A stretch of 64,000 nucleotides of DNA from the human T2T-CHM13v2.0 reference genome, Homo sapiens. Location of the stretch: NCBI RefSeq assembly GCF_009914755.1, contig NC_060929.1, one strand, 5' to 3'. The notes under the pieces are model-generated. The model was not told the DNA's origin. It was given only the letters and a program-made list of their open reading frames with translations, and ran no database searches. Both the position numbers and the translations under genes were made by a program. This document shows positions 10,501-24,804 of this stretch, piece by piece (the stretch's first letter is position 1; each line of letters starts with the position of its first letter).

Positions 10501-12254
10501 TAAAGACCTACTAAATCCCTGCCATCTGGCTGGAAGGTGTAGCAGTGTATTAATGTAACTAATAGCAACAGGTGTGCAGCAGATAAGACAGGAGAAGACA
10601 CTCAGCTATGGTTGAGTTGTGAAAGCTAATTAGATCCAGCATTTCTTATGTTGATTCAGATTGAATGAGGTAGTGAAAAGGGACCTGTGCTTTTGTAAAT
10701 TCTAGAAAGGCAAGAGGACAATATTGAATAAAGCTGTGTTTAAACTTCATTGCTCATATATCTTTTAGTAACTGGTAAACCGGCGAAGCTGATAAGCCAA
10801 TAAGAGTGCTGTCTAGAACGCATTTGCAAACCGTTAAGAGTAGCTTCTTTTTGAGGCCTGGACTTCTGATTCATCTATAGAAGTCTATTATGATTCCATC
10901 AATTGCATAGCTTGTGTACCTGGTAGAAATTGTGTCTTGGAATGACCCTTTCGAGTTATTGACATGGCTCTGATGAATAGAACATGAGCCCCAAAACTAA
11001 ATCCAAAAGGAATTTTCTATCTTTCATCCCCCACATGTGGCAAGACAAGTTGGCCCTTTCTTACCCAGAGGTCTTTTGTGTGACTGCATCTTTCTCCTCC
11101 GTTCTCCATTGTGTGCTTTCCATTTTGTCTTTAGTGCCTATACTGTTAGGTGTTTTCTTCACTGGCATTCACAAATTTAAGCCATTGCTGCCTCATTAGC
11201 CTTGTATTTTGTGTGCATATCATATATCCAGACCTGTATGTTCGCTTTAAGCATTCTTATATCACACTGTCTCCTCATCTACCATATGGTAAATGTTAAA
11301 ACTCCACATTTGTCTGCATCAGGGAAAATGCATGGGCACACATCCTCCCTCCCTCCCTCTCTGCTCTCCTCCCTTCCTTCAGGCCTCTTAGCATTGTTTG
11401 TTTTCCCATTTCTGATACTACTACTCCATGCTGAAGATTTGCCATATTACTATTTTGGAAACATTGAGTGATAGAACTCCTAGAAAATTTGCAAAGAAAT
11501 GTTACATACTGTATATCAAACTCTCAGATTCTAGTGTTGAAAAAGTAGCCTATACTTTGCTATTACTTATACCTGCTGCCATAGAAAAAAATAAGTTTAT
11601 TCATGACACATTTACATTTGATCATAAATAAAAGAAAAAAGGGCACCTTTTTGGAGTTAGTCATGGTAGTCATTAGTGATATTTCTGAACAGTTCTTAAT
11701 TTAAAATACTTCAAAGGAAGTAAAGGTCATGGCTTAGCTGAAGGAAATGCTCCAGAAATTGGACTGTGTAAACCATCAGTACAATAATACGCTGTGTATG
11801 TATGTGTATATAAAATGAGAATTATGGCATAATTGGAGCATTTGCATTAATCAACAAACTCACATTGAGACAAAACTTAGTTTTACAGCTGTCTTGATTA
11901 AAGCCAAGTGTTCCATGTTGCTGTGAAGAATAGCCTCTTTCAAATACTTTGGAAAGTAGTTACTTGGAAACTTGTAAAGGTATTACATTTTTATATTTAA
12001 ACACCTATAGAGATCTTCAATTCCTTGAGTCTGAGCTTGTGGGTGGAATTCTAAATTTGTATCATAATCTGTCTTTTGTGAAACATTTTGAAAATATGTA
12101 TATATAATATTGTATATGCAAATTGTGTTGTTTCACTTGTAAAGGGAAAAGGCTTATTTTTCTTTATATTTCTGATAACTTGTTTTGCATATGACCAGCA
12201 CTGACTGAAAGGCATGTGTAGCTGCAAACACTGTTGCTTTTTTTGTGAAATGAA

Positions 12255-12260
12255 AATAAA
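12255..12260 (+). terminator. Probable distal polyadenylation signal of LNPEP
   Basis: AATAAA with upstream U-rich and UGUA elements and downstream TTGTGTGG. TE-derived sequence (MER20) starts shortly after. Confidence 0.7.
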
Positions 12261-12420
12261 AGTATTTAAATACAAACATTGTGTGGACTCTTTGGATTAA
12301 TGTATATATAAAGTGGTATCTCTTCTTAGGTTATGACCTCTACCAGGGCAGCTCCTGTACTCATTGTCTTCTGTGGTTAGTTTTTTATTTCACCAGTATC
12401 CAGTGTCTTTATTGCATATA

Positions 12421-12620
12421 CCTCAGTTGACATTTGACATTCGGAGGTGGCTAATTCTTTGTTGTGGGGGCTGTTCTGTGTATCATAGGACATTTAGCAG
12501 GATCCCTCCCATGCCAATTGCAACTAGTTGCCAATAGTAACTCTTGTCCCCAGCTGTGACAACTAAAACCTCTCCTCCAGACATTGCCAAATGTCCCCTG
12601 AGGTTAGGGTTAAAACTTTG
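12421..12620 (-). mobile_element. MER20 (hAT-Charlie MITE)
   Basis: ccagacattgccaaatgtcccctg and gctgtgacaact match the reverse complement of the MER20 consensus as I recall it. Confidence 0.75.
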
Positions 12621-14289
12621 AGTGGATGCATAGGGCGGATAGCTAACAGTCACGGGAGCTCCATCAGGACCATTATTTACTTTTTGGACTAAAGCAGTTC
12701 TTGTAAACACTCAGGTCACCTAAGTAGCCAACTGATGCAGTAGTCATACAGTACCTAAATCAGTGTGAGAAATGTCATACGTGTCGTATGCCAGTGAAAC
12801 CAAGGAACACTGTCTTACTTTGAAGGTGAGACATTGGATGTTATCAGGGAAATACCCCTTGCGTTGATTCACATATAAGTAGGAGTATGAGTGCACCTTT
12901 TTAGAGGCACACTGCCACGGTTACATTCCTGGTCAGGTCTACAAAAGGAGTTTCTTGGTTCTGTCTGCATGAGTAGCCTTGAGGAAGAACTGAGAATTTC
13001 TTAGGCTTCCAGATATATGAACTAGAATAAGTATTCTTTTACAGTAATTGTTAGGTGGGCGTTTGAAGGCAAAGTAAGTCTTAACTCCCATACCCAAAAT
13101 CCTATTTCTGAGGACACAAAACCTTGATGCATGCCCTTTTAAAATCTCTTATAATGATCATTACTAATATATAGGGGAAATGTTCTTAAAATTGTGAAGT
13201 TTTGATCAAAAGCTTCTGGTTAAATTTTTTGTGCTTTTTAATTCACAGATACCAGCAGTAAACAATTGAACTAAAACCCATTATAAATGTAAAGAACACT
13301 TTGATTCTGATAGACTTTTTGGATGGAGAGTAACAATAACCTATTTTTCTAAATTATTTTTAGAACCCATGGTACAGAAGAATGATTCAGTTGTATCTTC
13401 TTTTTGCTTCTTCTGTTCTTACATAAAGCCCCCCGACCCCCCACCGCCAACACACACACAAAGGCTCTGGTGTTTACTAAAACTTGTGTGCAAGTTGAAC
13501 AGTTGACTTACATGCTTAAAGAGGTGGTTTTCTGCTAGAGGGCAAAAACATACTTTTAAGTCGTTAATTTCACCCACCTACTAGATCCATAATTGATATG
13601 TTCCCAATGCTCTGTGCTTGTTTACTTTTATCATTTCTCTTCATGGATGACCTCCATTCAACTGGCCAAAGTCCAGTTGAATTGAAATGCACTTTGGGTA
13701 CCCCTGTAATTTCTGTTGTTGGCTGAGCTGAATAATCAGGACCTTGGCTTACACAGAATAAGTTTGATTCTTGCTTTCCTATTCCCATTTGTGTTTATAA
13801 AAGAAGAACCTAATGTGATAATAAAATAGCAGTCATCAGAGTTGAACTGTTGACCAGCAGGCAGCACCAGGAGGTAATAGTTTGAAAGGAAGTCAGGGAA
13901 CATACCAGAGGCCACTTCAGCATAGGAAAGACAATTTAGGGCTGTCAGTGTGTTGCTTATTAAAGTGTCATTTGTGTACAAACCAAATGTGGGAAATTGA
14001 AAGTTCTTTTGTTCAGCAGTTTCTGATGCTGTTGCTCTTCTATGTGAATGCAGCTGAAAAGATCTTTGGGTCCTACATGCAGGATTGAACATGGGCTGCC
14101 CTATGGGTTTAGTGGCTGTTTATGTCTTCATTTTTTTTCCTCAAAGACCTCTGTAATTTTTAACTTCAGCAAAATTATTGGAATATTACTATTATCACAT
14201 AACAAAAGGTAACAATTTCAAGAAATTTAAATACTTGAAAGGCTATTAGGCTGGTATCAGTCAGAACTAGAATTGATTTCTGGTTCAAT

Positions 14290-14450
14290 CATTTTCCACT
14301 TAGAGAGTTGTTACTAATTCCTGTTTGCCTCAGTTTCCTCCATTTATAAAACTGAGATAGTGCCTACCTACCTACCTTGCAGGGTTGTTAGCATTAAATA
14401 AAAGAACCTATAAATTGTTTAGTATATTGCCGGGCCCAGGCAGAGTAATT
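14290..14450. mobile_element. MIR fragment, boundaries approximate
   Basis: gcctcagtttcctccatttataaaactgagatagtgcctacc...gcagggttgtt. Confidence 0.6.
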
Positions 14451-15594
14451 ATCAACTGTCATTGTTAAAACTCTCAGCGCTTAATGAGGTGTATGGATAT
14501 TAATATCTTCAGCTACAGATGGATATGAGTTTTTAAAATTGAATAAGGTATATAACTTGCCAGTTAGGAAATTACAAAAATAATTTTAGTCTAATATGCT
14601 TTTTATTTAAGCCTTAAATATGCAAAGATTTTATTTGAGAGGCATTATATTAGAAAAAATGTGGTTATATAGGTTTTACAACTGAAGTTAATTCTGGCTG
14701 TCACTGAATTTGGTTAATTAAAAGTAGACACAAAACAAAATCCTGACTCTTGACTAATCTGCAAAGCATATCTACTTTGCAGTAATAACATGAAGAACAG
14801 GTATATAGGAAAATACACCTGGTCCTTCGTAGGTGCTCCACAAATACTCCTTTCCTTCTCTCAGTTTATTTGCCTAAGCATGCAAATGAATCAAGCTTGC
14901 CTAAGTCTCTATTCTAGCTAGAAAAAAAATTGTTTGCAACTTATGCATTAGATGGCATGATGGAGAGAAATTGGCCAAATACTTTAGGACCTGGGATTAT
15001 TAGTGCTAGAAGGAAAACTTCTTCCACATGACCTAGTCTAAATTTCCTCCTTTTACAGATTAAGGGCATTAGAAGTTATGCTTGAGCTAAAATCCCACAT
15101 GATATAACATTATATGTTAAATTTGTATATGTTTTTAGATTAGACACAGTTTATATGCATCATTTTTGAGACAAATGATGTGCAATTGCCTGCGGGATAC
15201 TGCTTCTTTGGAGAAGAGAGTATTCGAGTTTGCTGTTGAAAGAGGTGTTTCATTAATGTTGAGTGCAGAGCTAAATTAAACTATCCTAATGTTTTCACTT
15301 TTACATTTAATGATGCTGTGAATGATTCAAATAACATGATCTCAAAAGAGTAGCATTTTTTTTAATGTTTAAATGAAGTGAATTACATTGAAGTAATCTC
15401 TCTCAGGTGGAAGATACTAATGTCAGAAGGTTCAGACACTCACCACCAAAGGGAATCTCAGGAAGGACGGAGGGTGGCTAGCATTGGTAAAGTAACAGCT
15501 GCCATAATGGTTGATGAGCTGAATGAAAAGAATATAAACGTTAAGCTTCGCCGACTACAGGTAGAAGGTGAAAATGAACCATTTTCCTGAAGTA

Positions 15595-16307
15595 CAGTCA
15601 TGTGCCACAATGATGGTCCCATAAGGCTATAATGGAGCTGAAAAATACCCATTGCCTTGTGACATCTTGATGATCCTGACCCCGTGTAGGCCTAGGCTAA
15701 TGTGTTTGGTTTTGTCTTAGTTTTTAACAAAAAAAGTTTAAAAATAAATTTTAAATATAAAACATAGAATAAGATATAAAGAAAATTATTTTGTACAGCT
15801 GTAGTGTGTGTTTAAACTGTGTTATTACAAATGAATCAAAACATTTTAAACGATTAAAAAGTTTACATCAAGGTAAGGTTAATTTATTATTGAAGAAAGA
15901 AAAATTCTTTTATAAGCTTAGTGTAGCCTAAGTGTACAGTGTTTATAAAGCCTACAGTAGGGTACAGTAATGTCCTAGGCCTTCACATTCACTCACTGAC
16001 TCACCCAGAGCAACTTCCAATCCTGCAAACTCCATGCATGGTAAGTGTTCTACACAGCTGCGCCATTTTAAAAATCTTTTTTTACGCTGTTTTTACTGTA
16101 CCTTTTCTATGTTTAGATGTATTTAGATGCACAAATACCATTGTGTTATAGTTGCCTATGGTATTCAGTACAGTCACATGCTATACAGGTTTGTAGCCTA
16201 GGAGCGAAGCAATAGGCTATACCATATAGCCTAGGTGTGTAGTAGGCTAAACCATCAAGATTTGTGTTGTTTGCACCATGATGAAATCAGCAAGCAATGC
16301 ATGACTG
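15595..16307 (+). mobile_element. Tigger3/MER7-type TcMar DNA transposon (non-autonomous)
   Basis: TIR ends CAGTCATG...CATGACTG with TA duplicated on both sides; internal gtgtagcctaagtgtacagtgtttataaag. Confidence 0.85.
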
Positions 16308-16368
16308 TAGTTTGAAATCAGCCCGAGATAAGGCCTTCAGTCCTCAGCCACAGAACCCTGGACTTTGA

Positions 16369-16815
<447 letters not shown>

Positions 16816-19674
16816 TAAAACCATTGATTTCACTTGCTTTATGGAGGAGGCATAACCTGAATGTAGTTGGTCCTCTTCAGCCCCGCATGCATGTCTGTAG
16901 TCTCTTTTTTGCCTTGAGCAAACCTAGACTTGGAACTTAGCACCTCTTCAAGATTCCTTTCCACAAAATGCACTAAAGCCAAAGCACTGCCGAGCAATAT
17001 AGGTTTTCTCCAAGGTAGTACCCAGAGGAGAGTCTACAAGGGAAGTTACTCTCACATGCTGTAACAGTGTCATCCTCACTTGTATTTCTGTTCTCCAGAG
17101 CCTCTCCTTTACGTTGCCATTTCTGGGGGATGTTTTTGTGTGCTCCTCACCCAAATTACACATACACACACACCCAGGCCTTGCTGACCTGTCACTCTTG
17201 CCCCTAGACATCCCAGTGTCTCAGCATCTACATCCAGACATGTTTGGCCAAGCACATCAAAAGCTCCACAAAACTAATGGCCTGTAGTGAGCAGCTGGCC
17301 CCAAGGTTTGGAGGCCTTTTGCTATTTGGACATGCTCCCTGGAGTCTTACCCCTTCCCACAAACAAGCAGTTTATCAACTATTTATTTCAAACAAATGTT
17401 CTTAGAAATCTTTATCTGCCTGTCTAGATTGGCAACAGATTTTTCTTCCTAGCTGTGTTTTTCCACACTAATAGAAAATTGGCTTATATCTGACCCCATC
17501 TGGACTTGGGGTGAGAGAAAGTAGCCATAAATTGAACTGGTGGAAGAGGAAAGCCAAGGCATACTTTTAAAATATTTTTATGGATGATTTATTCAACAAA
17601 TATTGTGATCTGTCCACTATGCATCAGGCCCTGAGCTCGGTGGGTACCCGAGACTTGACTCTAATGTGAGTAGCTGGCTCAGGCCGGGAAATTGCCACCT
17701 GGGTTTTATAAACACAGCCTGCGTGGTGGGTGGTAGACAGTCAAGGGCATTGGGGTTCATGTGGAACAGAAGTGAAGGGTGTTGCCAGGGGAGGTTTCAA
17801 GCTATGAAACTGGTGGTGTTAAAGCCTGTTTCAATGGCAACACACCATCTTGAGCGGGGCAGGTCTGGGGGACATGCATTCCTCAGCCAGGAGTCTCCCT
17901 CTGTTCGTTGGAGTGTGCAGAGGAATGTGAGAAGTGGAGACCTCTCACCACTGCTTAAGTACCAAGTTGAATGCCCTGTGTCGCTGATTGGGAACCAGAG
18001 GCGCTTTTGATCCGCACTGAGTAACCACACAGGTATACATTCCTGCGGGTGTTCCAAGTGAATGAGAGAAGGTGGGAAATTAATTGCCTGTTTCGGTTTC
18101 ACTCCAGGTTTCTCCTAAATTCTAATTAGCAATAAATGAGCTTGGCTCTCCTCAACCTGAATTGCAAGAATGCTTTCTTGTCTGAGTTCCTCTGTGTGGC
18201 TAAGTAAGAATAAAGAGAGTGTTTCAAGATAGACTTGTAATGCAGGGAGTCTTGACTTAACACCTAAACTTCAATAAAAGGAGGGTCTGGCTGCCTGGAG
18301 TGGAAAGCCCCTAGGTGAAGTTCCAGAGCATAATCAATTAAATGTGCCACACAGGAAATGGCACTGTTTGTCTGATTGGCTTCTACATGACAGGCACCTG
18401 CCTCAGTTATTTCAATGACTGCCCTCTAGCCTCAGTAATCAGAGCAGGAATTCTGATCTTTGACCTCTCCAGGGTCCTTGCCTTAAGAGCAGTCTGCTCA
18501 AGTCTTTTAGAATGTGGATGGGCTGCTGCAGTTTCAGCTGGACTAGTGTGGGCTGATTGTGGGGAACTCTGGTGGCTTCTATCCTTGCCCGGTGCTCACC
18601 AGGAGTAACCAGGAACAGCTGGGGAGGCTTGTCTGTCCTCAAACGGCTTAGAATCCACACAGCGCTCATGGAAACTTCCAGACTCACACAGAAAAGAGGA
18701 GAAATTCAGATGAAATTGAAGAAATCCTGGGAAATATGCTTCTTGTGAAAGGGTGCTTTAAAAAAGTATAGTTTCAAGTGAAGTAGCCTAGAATGAAAGT
18801 TTTTCCCTTTGTAGTTTGAAAGAAATGGTTAACTCTAAAGGGTATCCTGCACCTTCCTGTAAAGGTCCTGTAAAGTGGCTGAGCTGATCTGTTGTCTGAT
18901 TTAGATAGCCTAGAAATTTCCACTGGCCAGGATGACCAGGAAGGAAGTTGAGCTGTTTGAGTAAGACTGGCTCCAACAGGAGCTGTGGAAGGTGGTGCTT
19001 TCCCAGGGCAGCCGAATGCCTTCCAGGAGGAGGCAGTGCAGGCTTGGTTGGAAGCCTCCCCATATCAGGGGTGAAAACACTATCCCAGGTCCCTGTAGGC
19101 GAGGAATCTTCCCTAGGGTCTGTGAGACAAGGGTACTAGCAGGGAAGGCAGAGGAGTGCTGGTCCTCAAAGGTGAGTAGACTGTTGGTTTGCCATGAAAA
19201 GTAGTTCTGAGTGGCATTACCCTAGTGTACAAAAGAGGACTGCAGCTCAGCCTGAGCCTTATAACTGCTCCAGGAACATTTCCTATTTCACTCCTTTCTA
19301 GACCAGTTCTGCAAGTAATTGGCAGAAAAACATAGAATGTGCATTTCAGACCAGAGTCACCTAATAAGAGGGATGAGTATTTGAGAGTATTAGGCACTGG
19401 AGTTTGTGGAGAAGGCAGTTTGGCAAATATTCCCTGTGGGATTTTCTGCAGCTCTTGTCTCCACAAGTGTTTGTTCACGGTGATGACATTTAAAACAGGT
19501 GCTTCATGTCTTAGAATTCCAAGCTTGGTGATGCTCCATACATACCTATGGCCCAACCGTGTAGGCCATTTTGGGGGAGAGGAAGCATCCCTGGGGGTAA
19601 GAGGAGATACTTTATGCAGGTCAGCCAATGGCTGGGATGGGGTAGAGGAAAGCAGGTTGATTAAGGGAATGGAA

Positions 19675-19696
19675 TAGATGGATGGATGGATGGATG

Positions 19697-19743
<47 letters not shown>

Positions 19744-19745
19744 GG
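19675..19745. repeat. (GATG)n(GATA)n tetranucleotide STR followed by a short (GT)n
   Basis: About 5 GATG and 11 GATA units read directly from the sequence. Confidence 0.95.
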
Positions 19746-20460
19746 TTTTGTGTGTGTGTGTGAATGTGGGAAGAGAGGGAAAGAATACGGACAGATATTT
19801 CAGGAGCTGCTGGATAGAGGGAGGAGGAAAGGAATATTTAAAAGACATGTTTAAGAAATTTAGCCAAGTAGTATATGTGGCACCTCTTTTTCAATCAACG
19901 CAGACCATAAGGAAAGATCTACTTTGCTCTTCAGTAGTCAGGACTGCTCAGGCAGCCAGAGCACATTCTAAGCACAACACAAAATGCAGACAAGAATGAC
20001 AAACTCACCCCTGCTGTGGGAATTGTGACCCTGCTTCTGCCACTGCACTTAGTAGTAAAACTCTTCTTACTGAAAAGAAACTCCTGTTTGGTGTATTTAT
20101 CTCACTTACGAAGACCCTGAATTTGAACATGTTCTCTGGCCATTGGGCTTTATAGAATTCCTCTCATAAATGCAGAAGCTGTAATCTGGTTCATCTATCT
20201 ACCAGGGAAGCTTTTTCAGGTCCGCAAACAGTAACAGAACTCAGTTTTAGGTAAACAAGGTATTAAGTCAATGACTTGCCCACCTCAATCTACATGTAGT
20301 AGGTGCTCCATAATTTGTTAGATGTAGTAGGATGAAGGAAGCATTAAGGCAGAGGGTAAAGAAGGTAAACAAAGCAAGGGACTTAACACTTTAAACATTT
20401 TGTATTAGTTGAACTGTTTATAGCTAGTATGTGCTGCTTTCATAATTTAAGAAAAAGGAG

Positions 20461-20766
<306 letters not shown>

Positions 20767-22892
20767 TCATGATCAATAAACAAACATTTATTATCTTTCA
20801 AATTTCACTGTAGAAAATATTCAAACTGTAATTACAGAGTGATGTCGGTGAGAATGGCAGAGTAAGAATCTCTGGAAGTTCACTCTTCCATAAAAAAGCA
20901 AGGAAAAATCTGGCAAAAATTGTGAGAACCATTTTTTCCAGAAATCTAGAAATTAACCAAAGGCTTGCAACAACACAGGGAGTGTTAAGAGAAACAGTGG
21001 AATCTCAGAATGATGAGCTTTGTGGCATTTTAACTTAGCCTAGACCCACTCCCTGCGACCCAGCTCAGTAGCAGTCTTGAAAAATAATAGCCTGCATTCC
21101 TGGTACTGGAGAAAACAGAATTGTCATGATTGGACCCATCTAGTGGTTCCTTGCAAGACACCATTCTATAGTGCTGTCCTTATTTGACCTTACTTGAGCT
21201 TACTCAGTTCTAAAGCCTCTGGGAGGAGAAGAAAGGGTGTTTGTTGAGCGTTACTGCCACCACATGTTGATGGAGAATGAAATGACTGTTAGTGTAGTTT
21301 TTGCCACTGTCTTCATTCATTCTAAGGCACTAGCAGTTTTACCCATCATTACTTTTTCACGATCGGTACAAATGTCAATAGAGTCATTAAAAAGACAAAT
21401 CGTGTCTTAATATTGCTAGGAAAATAGTTTTGAGCCCAGCTTCTCTCTGAAAGAGTCTTGGCTACCTGCAGAGGTCCATGAACCACTGCTGCACTAGAAT
21501 AGAAATACCTGTTGCATGTTGTCATCAAATACGTAGAAAAGTGAATCAGTAATGAAGGGAGACAAACAAAGGAGGAAGAAGGAAAGGAAGGAGAGAGATC
21601 TCACTGAGAAAATCTAACAATCTCAACATTCTCCTCATTCCTTTGCCCTGCCGTCCTGATCATGGACAGGATGCTTTTGCTGGAAACCTCTAAATGATGT
21701 ACTAGGTCTACATGCCAAACACTGCCTCAACACCCCTTTGGTACATAGAGAACTTGGCACATAGAATTGTGGATGGGTTATGTGACTGAACCAGGGATGA
21801 AAACCTGGTACAGGGGAAACATCACAGTTTGAGCTGAGCCAATAAATTTTGCAAATGTCATGACATTGGCTTATGGAGGGACTTGATGCATTAATTCAAA
21901 GGTGCTACAGGGGCTGGATTTATGAAGCTGACTTGTTAGGTGCCCTCTGAGGCTGTGCTAGGGTGAGGCAATGCTGGATTGTCTGAGACTTTCCTAGTTT
22001 TACCACCGAAAGTCCTGCATTCCAGGAACTCCTCTCAGTCCCAGGCAAACTGAATGGTTGGTCATCCTACAAAGGCACCATTGTGAGTAGCTACATACAA
22101 CCATGCAGAAATAGACAAGTGAAGCAGACACATATAAGCAGAGATGTAAGATTATGAGCCAAATCTAGAGTTAATGAGAGCATCTACCTTGATTCCTGAT
22201 GATTTTCTCTTCCTTCATTTGCCCACCCATTCCTCCATTTATTGGACCAAAGCTTATTGAGTATTCACTTGTGCCAGGCAATTTGGTAGGAACAGGAATG
22301 GCCTTGAGGCCTAGGTATACTTCCTATTCTTGAATTTTTCAGGATTCCTGAAGCTCTTCCTATAAAACCCATTTTTCCATTCAATGGGCTCCTATTCCTT
22401 CCAAACAAAAATGCTTGTCCCTAAATACTTATCTGTTAAAATGATGAAGGAGATAGGAAAGAAGGCCAGAGGAGGATGTTTCCACTTAAAAATCCCACAA
22501 CCCTTTGAATCAGTACATAAAGAACTCTTGTTTATGGCATGTGTCAACCTGCGTCCTCCTGTGGGATCCAGTTTGGGAACAGTGATATACATGATCTTAA
22601 TGGCTGGGAACAGGAGGATTAAGCAGACACTTTTAGGCATGGTCACAACCCACTAGCTTGATTTCACATCTTTCTGATGTGACAGGGCCCGTAGTTGGAA
22701 AACTTACTAAACCTCAGTGAAGAGTGCATGTCCTTAGGTGGATTATCTAGCAGCTCTAAATTTGTTTGACAAAGACTCCAAAACCAATTACACACAGAAG
22801 CATTCGCAGAGAGTAGAAAGAGTTTGCCTTTCTTCTATTTTACTCAGACACATCTTGGATTCATTTCTATTTCTGATTGTTTAGAATTACAA

Positions 22893-23370
22893 TGTGGTAG
22901 GCAAAATAATCCCTCCTCCCTCAAAGATGTCCATGTCCTAATCCCTGGAACCTATGAATTTGCTACCTGACATGGCAAAAGAGAATTAAGTTTGCAGATA
23001 AAACAGGGAGATTATCATAGATTATTCAGTTGGGCCCAGTGGGTCACAAGGGTCCTTGAAAGTGGAAGATGGAGGTAGAAAAGATCAGAGTGATGCAACC
23101 TGAGCAGGACTTCAAGAGCTTTTGCTGTCTTGGAAGATGGAGGAAGGGGACCACTAGCCAGGGAATGCAGCAGACTCTAGAAGAGGGAAAAAGCAGGGAA
23201 GGGGTCCTATCCAGCACCTACAGAAAGATATACAGCACAATGCCTTGATTTTAGCCCAGTAAGATCCATGGCAGACTTCTGACCTACAGAACTATAAGAT
23301 AATGATTTTGTGTGTTTACGCCACTAAATTTATGGTAATTTGTCACAGCAGCAAATGCAAAATTAATGCA
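22893..23370 (+). mobile_element. MLT1 (MLT1D/E-like) MaLR solo LTR
   Basis: TGTGGTAGGC...aaagatgtccatgtcctaatccctggaacc start; gacttctgacctacagaactataagataat...gccactaaatttatggtaatttgtcacagcagca end. Confidence 0.8.
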
Positions 23371-24620
23371 CACTTTTTGGTGCAGTTAGAAAAGTTGGAT
23401 CTAATCAGTTGCTACAAAACTGCTAACTATAAATCCCATAATCCTTAACTGTGAGGAAGGAGCTCTAGGCTTCAGGTAAGTTATTACAAATGCAAGCAGA
23501 GCTGTATGACAACAACAACAACAACAAATAAATACACAGTTTCAGAAGCAGTCAGCTAGAGATTAGAACCACGAACAACCTCTTCTAGACCATGTCTCTT
23601 GGTATAAAGTTCTGGTTCTTACTTTCTTTCTCTTTTACATTTTAAAAAATCCAGAGAATGATTCAAAATACAGAAATCATCATTCATGATAATTTTGTCA
23701 AATATGAGAATTCACTGGATGGTAAAAATTGGAGGAATCCATGGCTTTCAGAGAGTCCCATGAATACAGGAAATACCAAAATCAGTAGTTTTTAGCATCT
23801 CTTAGATCATAGATCTATTTGAAACTCTTTTTGGAAAAATGCATATATATACTTACACAATTTTGCATTTGTTTTTAGGGGTTTTCCAGCCTCTCTAATG
23901 TTTATAGACCCAAGTTACAAGCAGCTGATCTAGATAGATGCTTTCACGGTGTTGTACATGATTTTAGCGAGGGATGTGTTTCTTAGAAAACACTAATGTG
24001 AGGGAGCACAAATGAGCACACTAGAAATAATATCTTTATTTTAGTTAACTATGAGGAACTAGAGCTTCCTCAAAGGACTCATGCTTTCCATTTTTGTCAT
24101 CAACAGGATCTAAATCCAATACTTCATTGAGCAAGAACGTGGGCTCTTCAATCCTGTAACGGGGAGCGCTGTGAGAGTGATTTTGTCAGCTGCGTGGCTC
24201 TGAAGTATCACTTTCAACGGAAGCATTTGGAAAAGTTCACTGTGAAAAATGTAACCAAGAAATCCTAAGGGAGAAGCTCCAAGATCACAGTAAGGTACAA
24301 ATGGGTGAAACCTTTGAGTTTTCTCTACTTTTTCTATAACACTCATGCCTTTTGTTGGCTGGTTTTTGTTTTTGATTATTTTCACTGAGCTCTATTAACA
24401 GAAAATTAAAAATTAAAACAAAAACTTAGGGCCATAGGACAGATGGTGGGGTGTAGTGGTTAAAGCTCCTCAGCTATAAAGTACCCATCTCATAGGGCCA
24501 CAGCAAAGGACATGTAGCAGAATGTCCTGGACCTGGAGTGGTATATCCAGGGAGGCTGCTATTATTTTCATTGTTATTCCAATGTGCTTTGTGCAGTGAC
24601 ATGATTCTCAAATCCTAGAA

Positions 24621-24804
24621 TTTTTTTTCTTTCTCTCTTTTTTTTAAGAGATAGAGTCTCACTGTGTCACCCAGGCTGGAGTGCAGTGGCTATTCACAGG
24701 TGCAATCATAGTGCACTACAGCCTTGAACTCCTGGGTTCAAGTGATCCTCCTGCCTCAGCCTCCTGAGTAAATGAGACTACAGACATGCACTACTGTGCT
24801 TGGC
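24621..24804 (-). mobile_element. FAM (fossil Alu monomer)
   Basis: Monomer retaining the 7SL-derived segment gtggctattcacaggtgcaatcatagtgcactacagcc; poly(T) on the left. Confidence 0.75.

Larger units (their letters stand above)
3304..12278 (+). other. LNPEP: LNPEP long 3' UTR (~9 kb); 3' end approximate
   Basis: Follows the stop codon; AU-rich and nearly TE-free. Ends near AATAAA at 12255-12260 with GU-rich sequence downstream. Consistent with my recollection of a very long LNPEP mRNA. Confidence 0.8.
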
